From positions 1 to 64,000 of the IMG/VR virus record IMGVR_UViG_3300044645_002525: a stretch of DNA of 64,000 bases, one strand, 5' to 3'. This document shows, piece by piece, positions 10,177 to 20,467 of the stretch. Each line of letters opens with the position of its first letter. Positions within the stretch are counted from its first letter, which is position 1. The notes beneath the pieces are model-generated. The model saw only the letters and a program-made list of their open reading frames with translations, ran no database searches and was not told the DNA's origin. Both the position numbers and the translations under genes were made by a program. The stretch is from a virus.

Positions 10177-13100
10177 TAGCGCATGCCGATACGGGAACGA
10201 GTGGAGGGGCTTTGCTTAATCTTATCAAGAGTCATTGACATGCCTTGCTTAGCGCCACCTGCGATGGAAGCACGGCGAGTTTCTGCCATTGCCTGCTCTA
10301 ATTGTTCGCGGCTAACGTATTCTACGCCATTGATCTTAGTTGTTTCAAACTGCATGCTGAGAGAAGGCGCCTGAGGCATGCCTGGAGCGCCGCCTCCCAT
10401 AAGATCGCGAGCGGAGCGTCCGCCGAGCTGCACGGGGATGGAGCGACCATCAGGAAGGGGTACAACGGCTTCGTTGTATTTGCCTTCGCCTACAAGACCG
10501 AGAGTTGGACCGCTGACTGTGCCACCATTGGCAAAGGCACGGAATCCACCAAAAGCAATGCCACCATTTGCAAATGCCATGCCGGCCGGCATTTGAGAAA
10601 CTGGCATATCTACGCCTTGAACAATGCTGCTTGCTCCTGCCCCTCCGCCAAACAAGCCTCCAAAACTTCCAAGCAGACTACCGGCCATGGAAGCAATCAT
10701 GCCAATACCGCCAAGCACGTTAGACGTGCCCCCTTCTTTGATTTGATTGATGCCTGCCACGATGCCCATGACAGCGCCAGCGGCCATGCCGAGCCCGCCA
10801 ACTGCTTGTCCGAGGCTTTCGTGCCACTTCTTGCCAGCAGCTCCTTCTTTCCCTAACTCTGTACCAGCAGTGCCAAGAGCATTTGCACTTTCAAACACTG
10901 AAGTGTCCACCTTGCTTAGCTGCTCAGAATAGGCATTGGCGCTGTCTGTGATTGACGTAGACAGTGCCTCGCTATCAACTCCAATAGAAGATAAGAATCC
11001 GCTCTCTCCATTGAAGGGCAGTGTTTGAAGCATGCCGCTTGTTTGACCGTTGAAGGGGAGGGTTTTAAGCGCGGCAGTGCCAGTTAAGAATCCTCCAGTG
11101 GTCCCAGCCGCTGTTGTTTGACCGGGGACAGGAGCAGTAGATGGAGTGGCTCCAGATGCTGGTGCTTTTCCGGCAGTCACGGCAGTGTTGGCTTCAATGA
11201 GCTTTAGCTGAGTGAGTTGCTCCTCCATTTTTTTAATGCTTTCTTCTCTCTTTTCTTTCTCAGTGGGCACGCCAAACATCTTGCTAAGAGTGTTCTTCAT
11301 GGATTCTTCCACGGGCTTCATTGCCATGTCAAAGACCATCGTCAGGAATTGATCCGCCAATGCTTGCTGAGCTTTCTTCAGTGCTTCCACTGAATCTCCG
11401 CCCATGGCAATCTCTTTAAACATACTCTTGTACGTACCAGTGACGCCTTCTACGGCATCATTGATGCGCCCAGACACTTCTTCCATTGCCTTGAGTGCAT
11501 CGGCTTGCTTCATGGTCGCAATGGCGCTTTCAAGCGCGGCAATGTTTGATTGTCGCTGAGCATCCGTTAATTTCTTAAGCCCCTCTTCATTCGCTGCAAT
11601 TTGATCCTCGAGGATCTTCATGCGAGCTTTTTGCTCTGGCGCTAAATCTATGCCTTTAGCCGCCTCGACGTTATATTTGCCTAGCTCTACTTTTGCTTCG
11701 TTAATCGCGTTCTTCATCTTCGACGAAGCTGCAGCGGCCTCTTCTGTCTTCAATGCTCGCTGTTCTTCGTAGTCAATATACTCTTGTGGCATGCCTTGTA
11801 AAATCAAGCTATTCCGCATTTGCTGCAAGCGAAGATCAAGCTTCTGTTTTTCAACAGGAAAAATGTTGTCAATATTTGTTTTAATAGTCGCCGCTGTTTG
11901 TTCTTTTGCTAATTGAATGGCTCTTTCAATTTCCAAGCTTTGCAAGGCAATCTGATTCGTGGATTGAGCGAGCTGTTTTTGCAGATCAAAGCTTTCTTTC
12001 TGCACCTTTGTGTCCATGGAGAAAGAAGCAGATGATTGCTTCATTCCGCCATTGGGACGAACAAAGTATCCACCCTGCTTGAAGTAATCAAGGTCTGGAT
12101 AGTTACCAGCCTTCAATCCCCTGCTCCTGCTTTGGTGGAATACATTTTGCCCGCCAGTATAAACGCCAACGTGAGGAGTGTCCCCAGGTCTGCCAGTAGC
12201 AACAATATCGCCAGGCGCCAATTTGGACCAATCCCTCATTGTTGTACCGGCATTGCGCACCGTATCTGCCCATGCCGTCACGCCGGGCAGCGAAATCCCC
12301 AAACTCTTGTAAAAAGCTTTTACGGATTCCGAGCACATATTGGCGATGCCTGTAAACTTGCTCGCTGCGGCTGTCGCAGTGGATAGTTCTGCTGGAGTGA
12401 ATCCGGCCACAGAGGGAGCCCCTCCTCCTCCAGCAGCTTGCGCAGTGCGTTGTGCGGCAACTATGTTCAATTGCGCTTCTTGAGATTTTTGCAATGCCTT
12501 CCTAACAGCATCAACTGCATTCAGTTGAATTTTTTTAAGGTCTTGAGCGAATTTAACTTGGCGAGCCTGTATATCATTTAGGCCAGAAAGCTCGTATTCA
12601 TTGAGTGTATCAATAAGGCTTTTCTTGTGTTCAAAAGCCGCGTCACTTAACTGTATGTCGCGGTCAAACTCAATCTTTTGCATATCGTTAGCAAAACTTG
12701 CAAGCTCAATACGACGCTGCTGTTCCTGCTTGGCTAATTGCTCAGCATCTTGCTGGGCTTTCTTTAAGCCCTTTTCGTCTTGTGTTTCCACTTCGGTCGT
12801 CGCTGCTGGCGTTGGTTCATTAATTCCAATTCTTTTTCTTTGCCGGTCAGCCAATTCCACTCCAATTTTTTGGCGCTGTTCTAGATTTTTTAGCTCATTG
12901 CGCAATGGGCCAATTTGTTGTCGTAGTTGATTAATGTCAATGTCTGTCTTGCCTTGCAAGTCAAGGCCAGCTCCCTCAAGTTGCATCCTTTCCGCAAGGG
13001 TTGTTTGCGCGTAAATTTGAGAGCCGCCCCTTCCAACTTTTCTACCTCTTTGCTCAAGGCGATCCAGTAATTTAATTGAATCCTCGAGAGAATTGCGCTG

Positions 13101-16100
13101 CCTTTGCGTTTGATACAAATCAGTTTTTGCGATTTCTACATTGCCAGTCCTAATGGCATCTTGCATCTTGGCCATCGCAGTCTTTGTTCTTTCCGCAGCT
13201 TCGGCAGCTTTGTTGCCAACATTCAAAAATGCTGTAGCCACCGATCCAAGTAGTACAACGAGCAGGCCAATGCCAGTGGAAGCCAGTAATCCTTTCACTG
13301 CCACTCCAAATCCAATCGTCGCCACCTGCGCTCCAGTGGCTTTTACTCCCACAAGTCCAAGCACGCCAGCCAGGATAGTAGCTCGCGCGGCAGCAATAGT
13401 GCTAATAGTTGCACCCGCTTTAACTACCGCGTTCATGGTGGTCAAAGTGCCCATTGCCAGCATCGCTGCAGCGCGAGTGGCTGCGAAGGACAGGGCTAAC
13501 ACTCCAAGAGTGTTTACTACGCCAGTTAAATTAGTTCCAAGGGTCGTAAAAATTGGCCCTAAAATGCTTCCAATTCCACTGGTGAAGTCGCTGACAGCTC
13601 TTGCAGCTTTCGTGACTTCCGTGACAAATTTTTCAATATCCTTGGCCTGGTTGGCAATCGCTGGATCCCTTGCCGCAGCATTTAGTTCACTAAGCTTTGC
13701 TCCAAGCGCTGCAATGCTTTGAGCATTTGCGTTGCTTGCTTTCGCATCTTCTAATTGTTTTCTCACTCTATCTTGTTCGCCAAAAGCTACAGACGCCGCT
13801 TTACTGAGTTGGGATAAGGACGACGAAAGTGGCATCAAGATGGCTTGAGCAGCAGCATTGGCCAATGGCGCAAAACTCTCAAGCGTACGAGTAAAATCAC
13901 CCTGGACGGTATTTAGCAAGCCCTGTAACGACCGCCCAGCAGCTTGCGCTCCGCTACCAAAGCGATTCATCAATTCATCGCTTACTTTTGCAAATGTATC
14001 TCTAAACTTGCTGCCAACAAATTCTCCATCTTCCATTGCCTTACTGAATTCTTTTACTGACATTCCAGCCGCATCAGCAAAAAGCGCTAACGCGCCGGGT
14101 AGCACATCGCCCAACTGTCCCTTAAGCTCTTCACTCATAATCTGACCTTTGCTTGCCATTTGCCCGAAGGCGTAAATGACGCGATCGGCTTTGTCCGGCG
14201 TCAGTTGCAAAGCGGCAGTGGCAGCGCTAATGCCAGTAAAAAGTTTTTCAATGGAGCCAGAATCAAAGTCTGCAGGCGCCATAGAGGCATAAAGCCTGGT
14301 AAAACCAGTGCGTGTAGTTTCAAGATTCAAACCAAATGCCCGCTGTACATTGTCAACATATAAAAGCTCTTTCGCGAAAGTGCCAGTATCTTGCGTGGCG
14401 GTTTGAAGGGCGTTGTTATATTGTTGCTGACTTTTTGCCGCATTAAGAATTTGCCCTGGCAGGCTCTGAACAAAAGCGAGCCCCTTATAGGCGGTGCCAA
14501 ACAACAAGACTTGCTTAACAGCAAAACCAAACTCGCTCGCGATTTCTTTCAATCCGCCGACTAGAGGAATCTGAGATGCGCGAAACTGTTTCATTGATTG
14601 ACTTGCCACATCTAATCCAGTCTTGAATTTTTCCATTTGGCTGCCAGCGCCAATAAACGTAGCTTCGCCTTGTCGCCCGCCAAGCATGCTCTCTCCTGGA
14701 AAGCCGCCAGGAGGGACATAGCCACCGCCTTGTCTGCTGGTAGATGTTACTGCGTTGAAACGCATTTGATTACGAGGAGTTGTCCCCCCAGCAGGCGGAA
14801 GCATCAATGGTGTAGGCGGAATAACTTCACCGGTGCGAACTGCGTTAAAACGCATTTGACCCATAGGCGTAGTCCCGCCTGCAGAAGGCAGCATTAGAGG
14901 CGCTTGTCCTGTGGCGGCGCCAGGAAGCATTGGTCGTCCTTGCACGCCAAGATCCACCACGGAAAACGCGCTTCTCATCCTTTGCGAAATCTGCCCTTGA
15001 ATTTTTGCGATGTGCAAATCAACTGCAGACTCCACTTGTCTCAACGCAGCATCGAACAAGTCCATCACTTGTGTTTCAACGCCAAACAAATAGCGTTCTG
15101 CAGCTTTTGCAAAGCGTTCGCGCATAGCAGGAATAAATCCTGTCTCCATGGAAACAATGGCGCCAGGCCCCTCTTGTCCCCTCCCTCGAGTTTGAGAAAC
15201 CAATGATTGAATTAAAGCTTCAAGACCAGTGGTAAGTCCGCCTTGCGTTGTTACGCTTGGCAGTAACCCTGCAGGAGCCTGCGCAGCTCCAATCAGTCCA
15301 GCGGCAGCACGACCAGCAGGAAGAGTTCTGCCAGTAGAAGATGGTCCAATGGGAATGCCCTGGCTAGGCGGTACAGTCGCCGGAAAATTAATACCGGGTA
15401 GGGCTCTTGACTGTGCAACTTGTTTGTTGATTACATCCGCACTCATGCCTCCCATCATGAGCGCCATACGAGCGAGACGGTCTAACATCCGTCGCATTTG
15501 ATTGGTGGCAGACTTCTCTGCTAGTTGCATTGCTTTCAGCAGGCCAAGTTCAAAGCCTTTGCCCGCATCGTCGCCAATATCAAACATCTCTCTCGAAGGA
15601 GAGGCTATCTTCAGGGTCTTTTTCAAGCCGCCAAGTAGTGCGCCGCCGTATTCACCTGCAGCCTTGAACAAAGCGCCCTTTTTGTTTTCAAGCGCGGCAA
15701 TAAAGCCAGCGCTTGCGTCTTCTGCTGCCTTGCTTAAGGCTTGCACCATTTTTGCTTTGTTATTAATGATTCCTTCATCAAACGCCAGTAGCGCATCTTT
15801 GCCAGCGGCCCCATAAATATTTTGAAGGGTTGCCTTATCTAAGTCTTTTAGCTCCTGCAAGAAAGTACGAGAAGGTCCAGCAGTGGCGCCTTGCGCGGTA
15901 GTAGTAGCCGTGTCAAGCTCAGCTCTAATCTTTACAGTGATGTCCTTGAATTTTTCACCGACGGCAGTTTTAAATGCCGTCACATCTGCCTTTAAGATTG
16001 ACGGCGTTGTGCTAATTTTTGCTCGTAGTGGATCTTTTTGGTTTAAATTTTTCTGCAGAGCTTTTAGCGGATCCGCGATGCCGGGTAATGCAAGCTTTGT

Positions 16101-16565
16101 GGCGATGGGAACGCCGCCCGCTGCATAGCTCTTCTTCACCTGGTCGTCGACTTTCTTCGCTACGCCACGAATGAAGTCGTCAACATTTACGGGGTCGGCA
16201 AGTTGTGTTTTAACTTCAACGGAAGTAAGCTTGTCTTTGATACTCTTCCGAGTCTCGTCGATATTGCTTGTTACATTAACCGCCAAGTCAATCTTTTCAT
16301 TCCCTAAGGCAATGAGATTCTTCTTAAATGTGCTTACTTTATCAACGAGAGTATCAAGAGTATTGCTCTCAATTTTTACCTTAAAAGTTTTGCGACTAAG
16401 GTAAGTATCGAGAAGCCGATACTGATCTGCAATGCTCTTCTTGTTGAACTGAATATTAAGCTGTAGCGACTGCCCGCCAAGCTGAGCGCCAATCGTGCTT
16501 AATTGCTGTCTAAAGAACGCTAGGTCAAGACTTACCTTCAGCTTCAATTCGGCGTCTTGAGCCAT
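10176..16565 (-). CDS. Tape measure protein with an embedded NlpC/P60 peptidoglycan hydrolase domain
   Basis: 2129 aa, Ala/Gly/Gln-rich helical; tape-measure motif GQMASKGQIMSEELKGQLGD; C-terminal FANGG...GEGKYNEAVVPLPDG; NlpC/P60 motifs CSESV...PGDIV...HVGVY...H at about 12050-12400. Confidence 0.95.
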   Translation of the reverse strand: MAQDAELKLKVSLDLAFFRQQLSTIGAQLGGQSLQLNIQFNKKSIADQYRLLDTYLSRKTFKVKIESNTLDTLVDKVSTFKKNLIALGNEKIDLAVNVTSNIDETRKSIKDKLTSVEVKTQLADPVNVDDFIRGVAKKVDDQVKKSYAAGGVPIATKLALPGIADPLKALQKNLNQKDPLRAKISTTPSILKADVTAFKTAVGEKFKDITVKIRAELDTATTTAQGATAGPSRTFLQELKDLDKATLQNIYGAAGKDALLAFDEGIINNKAKMVQALSKAAEDASAGFIAALENKKGALFKAAGEYGGALLGGLKKTLKIASPSREMFDIGDDAGKGFELGLLKAMQLAEKSATNQMRRMLDRLARMALMMGGMSADVINKQVAQSRALPGINFPATVPPSQGIPIGPSSTGRTLPAGRAAAGLIGAAQAPAGLLPSVTTQGGLTTGLEALIQSLVSQTRGRGQEGPGAIVSMETGFIPAMRERFAKAAERYLFGVETQVMDLFDAALRQVESAVDLHIAKIQGQISQRMRSAFSVVDLGVQGRPMLPGAATGQAPLMLPSAGGTTPMGQMRFNAVRTGEVIPPTPLMLPPAGGTTPRNQMRFNAVTSTSRQGGGYVPPGGFPGESMLGGRQGEATFIGAGSQMEKFKTGLDVASQSMKQFRASQIPLVGGLKEIASEFGFAVKQVLLFGTAYKGLAFVQSLPGQILNAAKSQQQYNNALQTATQDTGTFAKELLYVDNVQRAFGLNLETTRTGFTRLYASMAPADFDSGSIEKLFTGISAATAALQLTPDKADRVIYAFGQMASKGQIMSEELKGQLGDVLPGALALFADAAGMSVKEFSKAMEDGEFVGSKFRDTFAKVSDELMNRFGSGAQAAGRSLQGLLNTVQGDFTRTLESFAPLANAAAQAILMPLSSSLSQLSKAASVAFGEQDRVRKQLEDAKASNANAQSIAALGAKLSELNAAARDPAIANQAKDIEKFVTEVTKAARAVSDFTSGIGSILGPIFTTLGTNLTGVVNTLGVLALSFAATRAAAMLAMGTLTTMNAVVKAGATISTIAAARATILAGVLGLVGVKATGAQVATIGFGVAVKGLLASTGIGLLVVLLGSVATAFLNVGNKAAEAAERTKTAMAKMQDAIRTGNVEIAKTDLYQTQRQRNSLEDSIKLLDRLEQRGRKVGRGGSQIYAQTTLAERMQLEGAGLDLQGKTDIDINQLRQQIGPLRNELKNLEQRQKIGVELADRQRKRIGINEPTPAATTEVETQDEKGLKKAQQDAEQLAKQEQQRRIELASFANDMQKIEFDRDIQLSDAAFEHKKSLIDTLNEYELSGLNDIQARQVKFAQDLKKIQLNAVDAVRKALQKSQEAQLNIVAAQRTAQAAGGGGAPSVAGFTPAELSTATAAASKFTGIANMCSESVKAFYKSLGISLPGVTAWADTVRNAGTTMRDWSKLAPGDIVATGRPGDTPHVGVYTGGQNVFHQSRSRGLKAGNYPDLDYFKQGGYFVRPNGGMKQSSASFSMDTKVQKESFDLQKQLAQSTNQIALQSLEIERAIQLAKEQTAATIKTNIDNIFPVEKQKLDLRLQQMRNSLILQGMPQEYIDYEEQRALKTEEAAAASSKMKNAINEAKVELGKYNVEAAKGIDLAPEQKARMKILEDQIAANEEGLKKLTDAQRQSNIAALESAIATMKQADALKAMEEVSGRINDAVEGVTGTYKSMFKEIAMGGDSVEALKKAQQALADQFLTMVFDMAMKPVEESMKNTLSKMFGVPTEKEKREESIKKMEEQLTQLKLIEANTAVTAGKAPASGATPSTAPVPGQTTAAGTTGGFLTGTAALKTLPFNGQTSGMLQTLPFNGESGFLSSIGVDSEALSTSITDSANAYSEQLSKVDTSVFESANALGTAGTELGKEGAAGKKWHESLGQAVGGLGMAAGAVMGIVAGINQIKEGGTSNVLGGIGMIASMAGSLLGSFGGLFGGGAGASSIVQGVDMPVSQMPAGMAFANGGIAFGGFRAFANGGTVSGPTLGLVGEGKYNEAVVPLPDGRSIPVQLGGRSARDLMGGGAPGMPQAPSLSMQFETTKINGVEYVSREQLEQAMAETRRASIAGGAKQGMSMTLDKIKQSPSTRSRIGMR

Positions 16566-16599
16566 TTGCCTATATGCCTACGTTCTCTTCATTCTATAA

Positions 16600-17073
16600 T
16601 CATTGTTCCTGATTGCGCCCAGCAAAAGCCTTTAGCTCATCAGCAAGTAACGCAATCACTCTTCCGTCCATCCTCCTCGTTTTCATCAAACGCTGAAGCA
16701 CAATCAAACTGGCGTCTGTCACGCCATCTTCCTTCTTGAGCTGCTTCGTGTCGAACGGCAAGAAATCTTCAGGCTTCACCTTACTCTTCTTGCCCGCCAT
16801 CATTCCTGCTGCCATAGTACCAAGCTTGGCTACGGCAACACTACTGACGTTGTATTTTGCAACGTCATGCCTATCTAAATATTTCAGGGCACGTTTAACG
16901 TCATCGAGCCTCTGGAGGCCAAAATTATTGGCACTCCATCGCTCGTCTTTAAAGTCAGAAGCTGAGAGCCTGAAATAGATTTCGTTCCAATCCGTCAGGC
17001 TCTTAAGCTGCTTTCTTGCTTGCGCTTCAAGCTTTTCTGCTACTGAGGACCATTCCTCTTCGTCGCTTTTTTT
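16600..17073 (-). CDS. Tail assembly chaperone GT extension, reached by -1 frameshift
   Basis: The -1 frame is open from the A7 run at 17067-17073 (KKSDEEEWSSVAEKLE...) into ORF 16600..16815; sits immediately upstream of the tape measure. Confidence 0.8.
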   Translation of the reverse strand, partial: KKSDEEEWSSVAEKLEAQARKQLKSLTDWNEIYFRLSASDFKDERWSANNFGLQRLDDVKRALKYLDRHDVAKYNVSSVAVAKLGTMAAGMMAGKKSKVKPEDFLPFDTKQLKKEDGVTDASLIVLQRLMKTRRMDGRVIALLADELKAFAGRNQEQ

Positions 17074-17579
17074 GCTTCTACGGCCTCCTGTGTCTCAGCA
17101 TTCTGCTCTTCAGCAATAAATTCCACTACTTTCGCAATGGCTTTGCGCGGCAGGTTTTTGGTGTCTTCAATTTCCCAATCACCAAGATCCTGCCATTCGT
17201 TATCAATGAAACCCTGCCCGCGAGAACGAATAAAAGCAGTGACCATACGAGCATTGGTGGCCTCCACCGACGAGCCGCTCGTGATCATACTCAGAGTCTC
17301 TTCAGTGAACTCAGAAAGCAGTTCAGCTTCAGTGATGGAACCACCGCCTTGCAGGAGCGCGAAAGCCTCATCAAGAGGAATTTCCCGCGATGCAGCAATA
17401 CGCTTGGCAAGCTGAACGGCACGAATGGTAGCCTGGCTTTGCAGCTTGCTGATTTCCTCCTGTTCAATGGATTCGGCGACCAGCCAACTGCCATATTTCT
17501 TCAGGCGAATTTCAGGCAGCAGCTCAAAATAACCTTCAGTTTTGGTCTGAACCAGAAAGCTGTATTTGCTCATGATCAA
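17040..17579 (-). CDS. Tail assembly chaperone (gpG-like)
   Basis: Position before the tape measure and a GCA AAA AAA GCG slippery site near its 3' end. Confidence 0.8.
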   Translation of the reverse strand: MIMSKYSFLVQTKTEGYFELLPEIRLKKYGSWLVAESIEQEEISKLQSQATIRAVQLAKRIAASREIPLDEAFALLQGGGSITEAELLSEFTEETLSMITSGSSVEATNARMVTAFIRSRGQGFIDNEWQDLGDWEIEDTKNLPRKAIAKVVEFIAEEQNAETQEAVEAKKATKRNGPQ

Positions 17580-17799
17580 GAATGTTAAGCAATGCGTTGA
17601 ACACCTTCACTCGCTCATGAGAAGAGCGAAATTCTGGTGGCACTTCAACCAACATTGAATGATTGTCGTTGCTAATTCTAATGGTGGTTTCTCGGCAAGA
17701 AACAAGGCAAAGGATACCAACTTCCAAGGCGGCGCCATCAACTAAGCAATTAATGGCATGAACAGTGTTGTCTGCGCTCCATAAATAGTCAATCTTCAT
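17536..17799 (-). CDS. Hypothetical protein in the tail operon
   Basis: 87-aa ORF overlapping both neighbours. Confidence 0.55.
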   Translation of the reverse strand: MKIDYLWSADNTVHAINCLVDGAALEVGILCLVSCRETTIRISNDNHSMLVEVPPEFRSSHERVKVFNALLNILDHEQIQLSGSDQN

Positions 17800-18257
17800 T
17801 TGCCCATTGCCGTGCGAATGCGGGCCAGAAGTTGTCGTTTTACCATGCTTTGTTCAAATCGGCTTGGAATGGCAATGTCTTGAGTCCACGGTCTTGCGTA
17901 TGGCACGCTTGTTCCTCTTAGCGCATCATGAACATAACGAGCATAAGGCTGACCACTGCTATTCGTAGCATCCCAGTTCCAGCTTGCTTCAGCGTTAGAT
18001 GGTGACAGGGAGATGTCAAAGCTGTCCCTTCCGCTCTTGTAAAGCTCTCCTAAATCGTAAATGTCGCGCTGACCAGCAGGGATGAGCGTCCCGTTCTTTC
18101 TTTTGGTGTCCCTGCCATAGTCCCACTTCTCATCAAGAAACTCGTCTCGGAAATGATCATTCACATCAAAGCGAGTCCAAGTTTCAAAAGCCTTGGCAAG
18201 CTTATTGACAATATCTTCAGGATTGACGAGGTTGCCGCCAGTGATAATCGCTGCCAT
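17796..18257 (-). CDS. Tail completion / neck protein (HK97 gp10-like)
   Basis: RDIYDLGELYKSG...YARYVHD...ARPW motifs. Confidence 0.65.
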   Translation of the reverse strand: MAAIITGGNLVNPEDIVNKLAKAFETWTRFDVNDHFRDEFLDEKWDYGRDTKRKNGTLIPAGQRDIYDLGELYKSGRDSFDISLSPSNAEASWNWDATNSSGQPYARYVHDALRGTSVPYARPWTQDIAIPSRFEQSMVKRQLLARIRTAMGK

Positions 18258-18667
18258 TAGATTGCTGGATACAACTGCTTGACGATGCGATCAGGAACAA
18301 TAAACTTGCATTGCTCATAAGCAATGTCATCGCCAGGAAAGTACGATGGCGTGGAGTCAGGAAACCGTCTAACCATTCTTTCCATCGCATCACTCAATGT
18401 GGTACTGTTAGGCGTGAACTGCGCAAGCCTCACTTCCCACAGTTGATTCACTTGCACCATGCCTACCATTGCGCGAGGGAGCCTATCTGGGAACTCTCGC
18501 ATGGTCACTTCTAATCCTTTCACCTTCCATTCCTTTGGCACGCTTTGCCTTCCCACTACATACACGGCAGGAATCGTTGAGTTATTAGGCAGCGTATAAG
18601 TGCCAATCAAGTTGGGCGACGCAGAAAGAAGCGTAGTAATCGTATCGCGAAGCTGAGAAATGTTCAT
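18257..18667 (-). CDS. Putative tail terminator / minor tail protein
   Basis: Size and synteny next to the major tail gene; start placed at MNISQLRD. Confidence 0.5.
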   Translation of the reverse strand: MNISQLRDTITTLLSASPNLIGTYTLPNNSTIPAVYVVGRQSVPKEWKVKGLEVTMREFPDRLPRAMVGMVQVNQLWEVRLAQFTPNSTTLSDAMERMVRRFPDSTPSYFPGDDIAYEQCKFIVPDRIVKQLYPAI

Positions 18668-18668
18668 T

Positions 18669-18698
18669 AAAAAGCCTGCCCCCATAGGAGACAGGCTA
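18669..18698 (-). terminator. Intrinsic terminator after the major tail gene
   Basis: On the minus strand an AGCCTG...CAGGCT stem is followed by a T-run. Confidence 0.55.
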
Positions 18699-18718
18699 GC
18701 GAAGATTCAATGAAAGAA

Positions 18719-19297
18719 TCAGGAATTAGGAGCAGTCGGGATGATGCTGCCAGTTTCCGAAGCATTCTGGTGGATACCAATGCGACCACGGCTGGTCAGA
18801 TCGAAAGTCACTTCCACGAGGTTGTCAGCAGGATAGCTCTCGTTGTAGTTCATCACGCAAGCAACAAATGCCACGCGATCGTAATAGTAAGTGTTGCCCG
18901 AAGCGCCAAGCTGCTTGTTGATTTCCACATACACTTCGTGGTTCTTGTCGTAACGGCTAGCGCTTACCACTTGGAAAGCTTCATCAAAGCTGTTCGGCAG
19001 GAACACGGTACCATCAACATCCTTCTGGAAGTAGGAAGTGATAGAAGCAGTTGCTTGGCTGGTAGTAATCACGCTATCAGCGAAACCGCCGCCACCCAGC
19101 AGGTAGAATTCCTGGTTGCCATCGTTGAAGGCAACAGAAGCAGTGGTGGCTGCTTGCAGAGTGTAGAGAGTCGGAGCGCCGCTAACAGTGAAAGTAGCGC
19201 CGCTTTGAGTGATGATGGGACGAGAAGTGCCGCCAATGGAGCCAACGCGGACAATCACGTCCTGGCTCTTCACTAGCTCAGTGGGATGGTAGAGCAT
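18719..19297 (-). CDS. Major tail tube protein
   Basis: 192 aa, biased codon usage like the capsid gene, C-terminal YNESYPADNLVEVTFDLTSRG; followed by a terminator. Confidence 0.7.
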   Translation of the reverse strand: MLYHPTELVKSQDVIVRVGSIGGTSRPIITQSGATFTVSGAPTLYTLQAATTASVAFNDGNQEFYLLGGGGFADSVITTSQATASITSYFQKDVDGTVFLPNSFDEAFQVVSASRYDKNHEVYVEINKQLGASGNTYYYDRVAFVACVMNYNESYPADNLVEVTFDLTSRGRIGIHQNASETGSIIPTAPNS

Positions 19298-19324
19298 GAG
19301 AAATTCCTCAATGGAAGAAGAGAA

Positions 19325-19714
19325 TTAAGCGTTGTCCACGCTTCCTTTGCCAATCAGTCTAAAAATTCCCCTGACTGGCGTGCCTAAGAACTGCCAATAG
19401 TGAATAGCAATTTGTTCATTCGGCAACAGTTCAAACCTTCCCTCCCTTCCGTTGATTGTGGCTTGAGCAGAATCGCCCACAGTAACGCCAGACAAAGTAA
19501 GAGGGCTGGTCATTCTGCCTTCCATATAGACGGCAGTCATGTCAGCCCCAAGTAGTTGGTCGTAACGTGGATTGTTTTTCTGCTTCAACGTGGCGTAGAA
19601 AGTAACGCCCGTTGCCACTGGCACGTAATTACCAGTTTCATTGTCAAGCGCATAGCCCGAAGCCACACTAAACACCAAAGTGGCATTTGCAAGTGGCTCC
19701 AGGAAATTGCTCAC
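19325..19714 (-). CDS. Head closure / head-tail joining protein
   Basis: Synteny after the adaptor; beta-rich, 129 aa. Confidence 0.5.
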   Translation of the reverse strand: MSNFLEPLANATLVFSVASGYALDNETGNYVPVATGVTFYATLKQKNNPRYDQLLGADMTAVYMEGRMTSPLTLSGVTVGDSAQATINGREGRFELLPNEQIAIHYWQFLGTPVRGIFRLIGKGSVDNA

Positions 19715-20022
19715 ACGACAAACCCAACAGAAGAAAGAGGAAGATTGTTGGTCATTCGTTTAAACTCCTGACCGTATTGAGTGGCATCAAGCCCCTCGCC
19801 ATATACTTTGCCGTCAGTGGCACCAATTTGAATGCCCATTTGAGCAAGTTGAATGGCAATGATATGAGCAGCAAGGAACTTTACAGCCCTATCAGTTTGA
19901 TCCCCGAACACATCGCTAGAAGCATCGTAAGCAGCTTCTGAAATGGCGCCATTGACGATGCCAGATGGATGTGGGCTGAATTCAGGAAAGCGCTCAAGAA
20001 AGCTTGCATAGGTGACTGCCAT
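19711..20022 (-). CDS. Head-tail adaptor (DUF4054-like)
   Basis: FLERFPEF...LAAH...TQYGQEF signature. Confidence 0.8.
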   Translation of the reverse strand: MAVTYASFLERFPEFSPHPSGIVNGAISEAAYDASSDVFGDQTDRAVKFLAAHIIAIQLAQMGIQIGATDGKVYGEGLDATQYGQEFKRMTNNLPLSSVGFVV

Positions 20023-20024
20023 AA

Positions 20025-20411
20025 TCAGGCCTTCCCAATGCGAATAGCTTCAACGCGCTTTGCAATGGCATTCCTCACGCGGACGCGCCCTTCAATTTTC
20101 TTCCAATCGCCCAGACGATCTGGATCATGGATGAGTTCAATGGCACGAATGGCTTGCGTGAGGGGAAGTTCGCTAAGGCTTTGAACATTTTCAGGCAGGT
20201 CTTCTACCATCACTTGTTCTTTCATTTCTTCAATGGCGCCAATGGCAAGAAGCTTCTTGACCGTACCATTTTCCTTCGCTTCCTTCCATTTCTCATCAGG
20301 AATTTCCTGATTAAGACCAGGCGTCAGTTGAATGAGCCCGCTCTTGGTAATAATGCCAAACCCTGCATCACGAGGGGGATTTTCAAGTTCGGGACGATAA
20401 GCAATCAGCAT
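20025..20411 (-). CDS. Hypothetical protein following the capsid gene
   Basis: 128-aa ORF; LTPGLN motif and C-terminal EGRVRVRNAIAKR helix. Confidence 0.6.
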   Translation of the reverse strand: MLIAYRPELENPPRDAGFGIITKSGLIQLTPGLNQEIPDEKWKEAKENGTVKKLLAIGAIEEMKEQVMVEDLPENVQSLSELPLTQAIRAIELIHDPDRLGDWKKIEGRVRVRNAIAKRVEAIRIGKA

Positions 20412-20467
20412 TGTTCAAGAGAAACAATTGCTAATAGCTTAACGCCCCTCTTCTTGATTAACTATCC

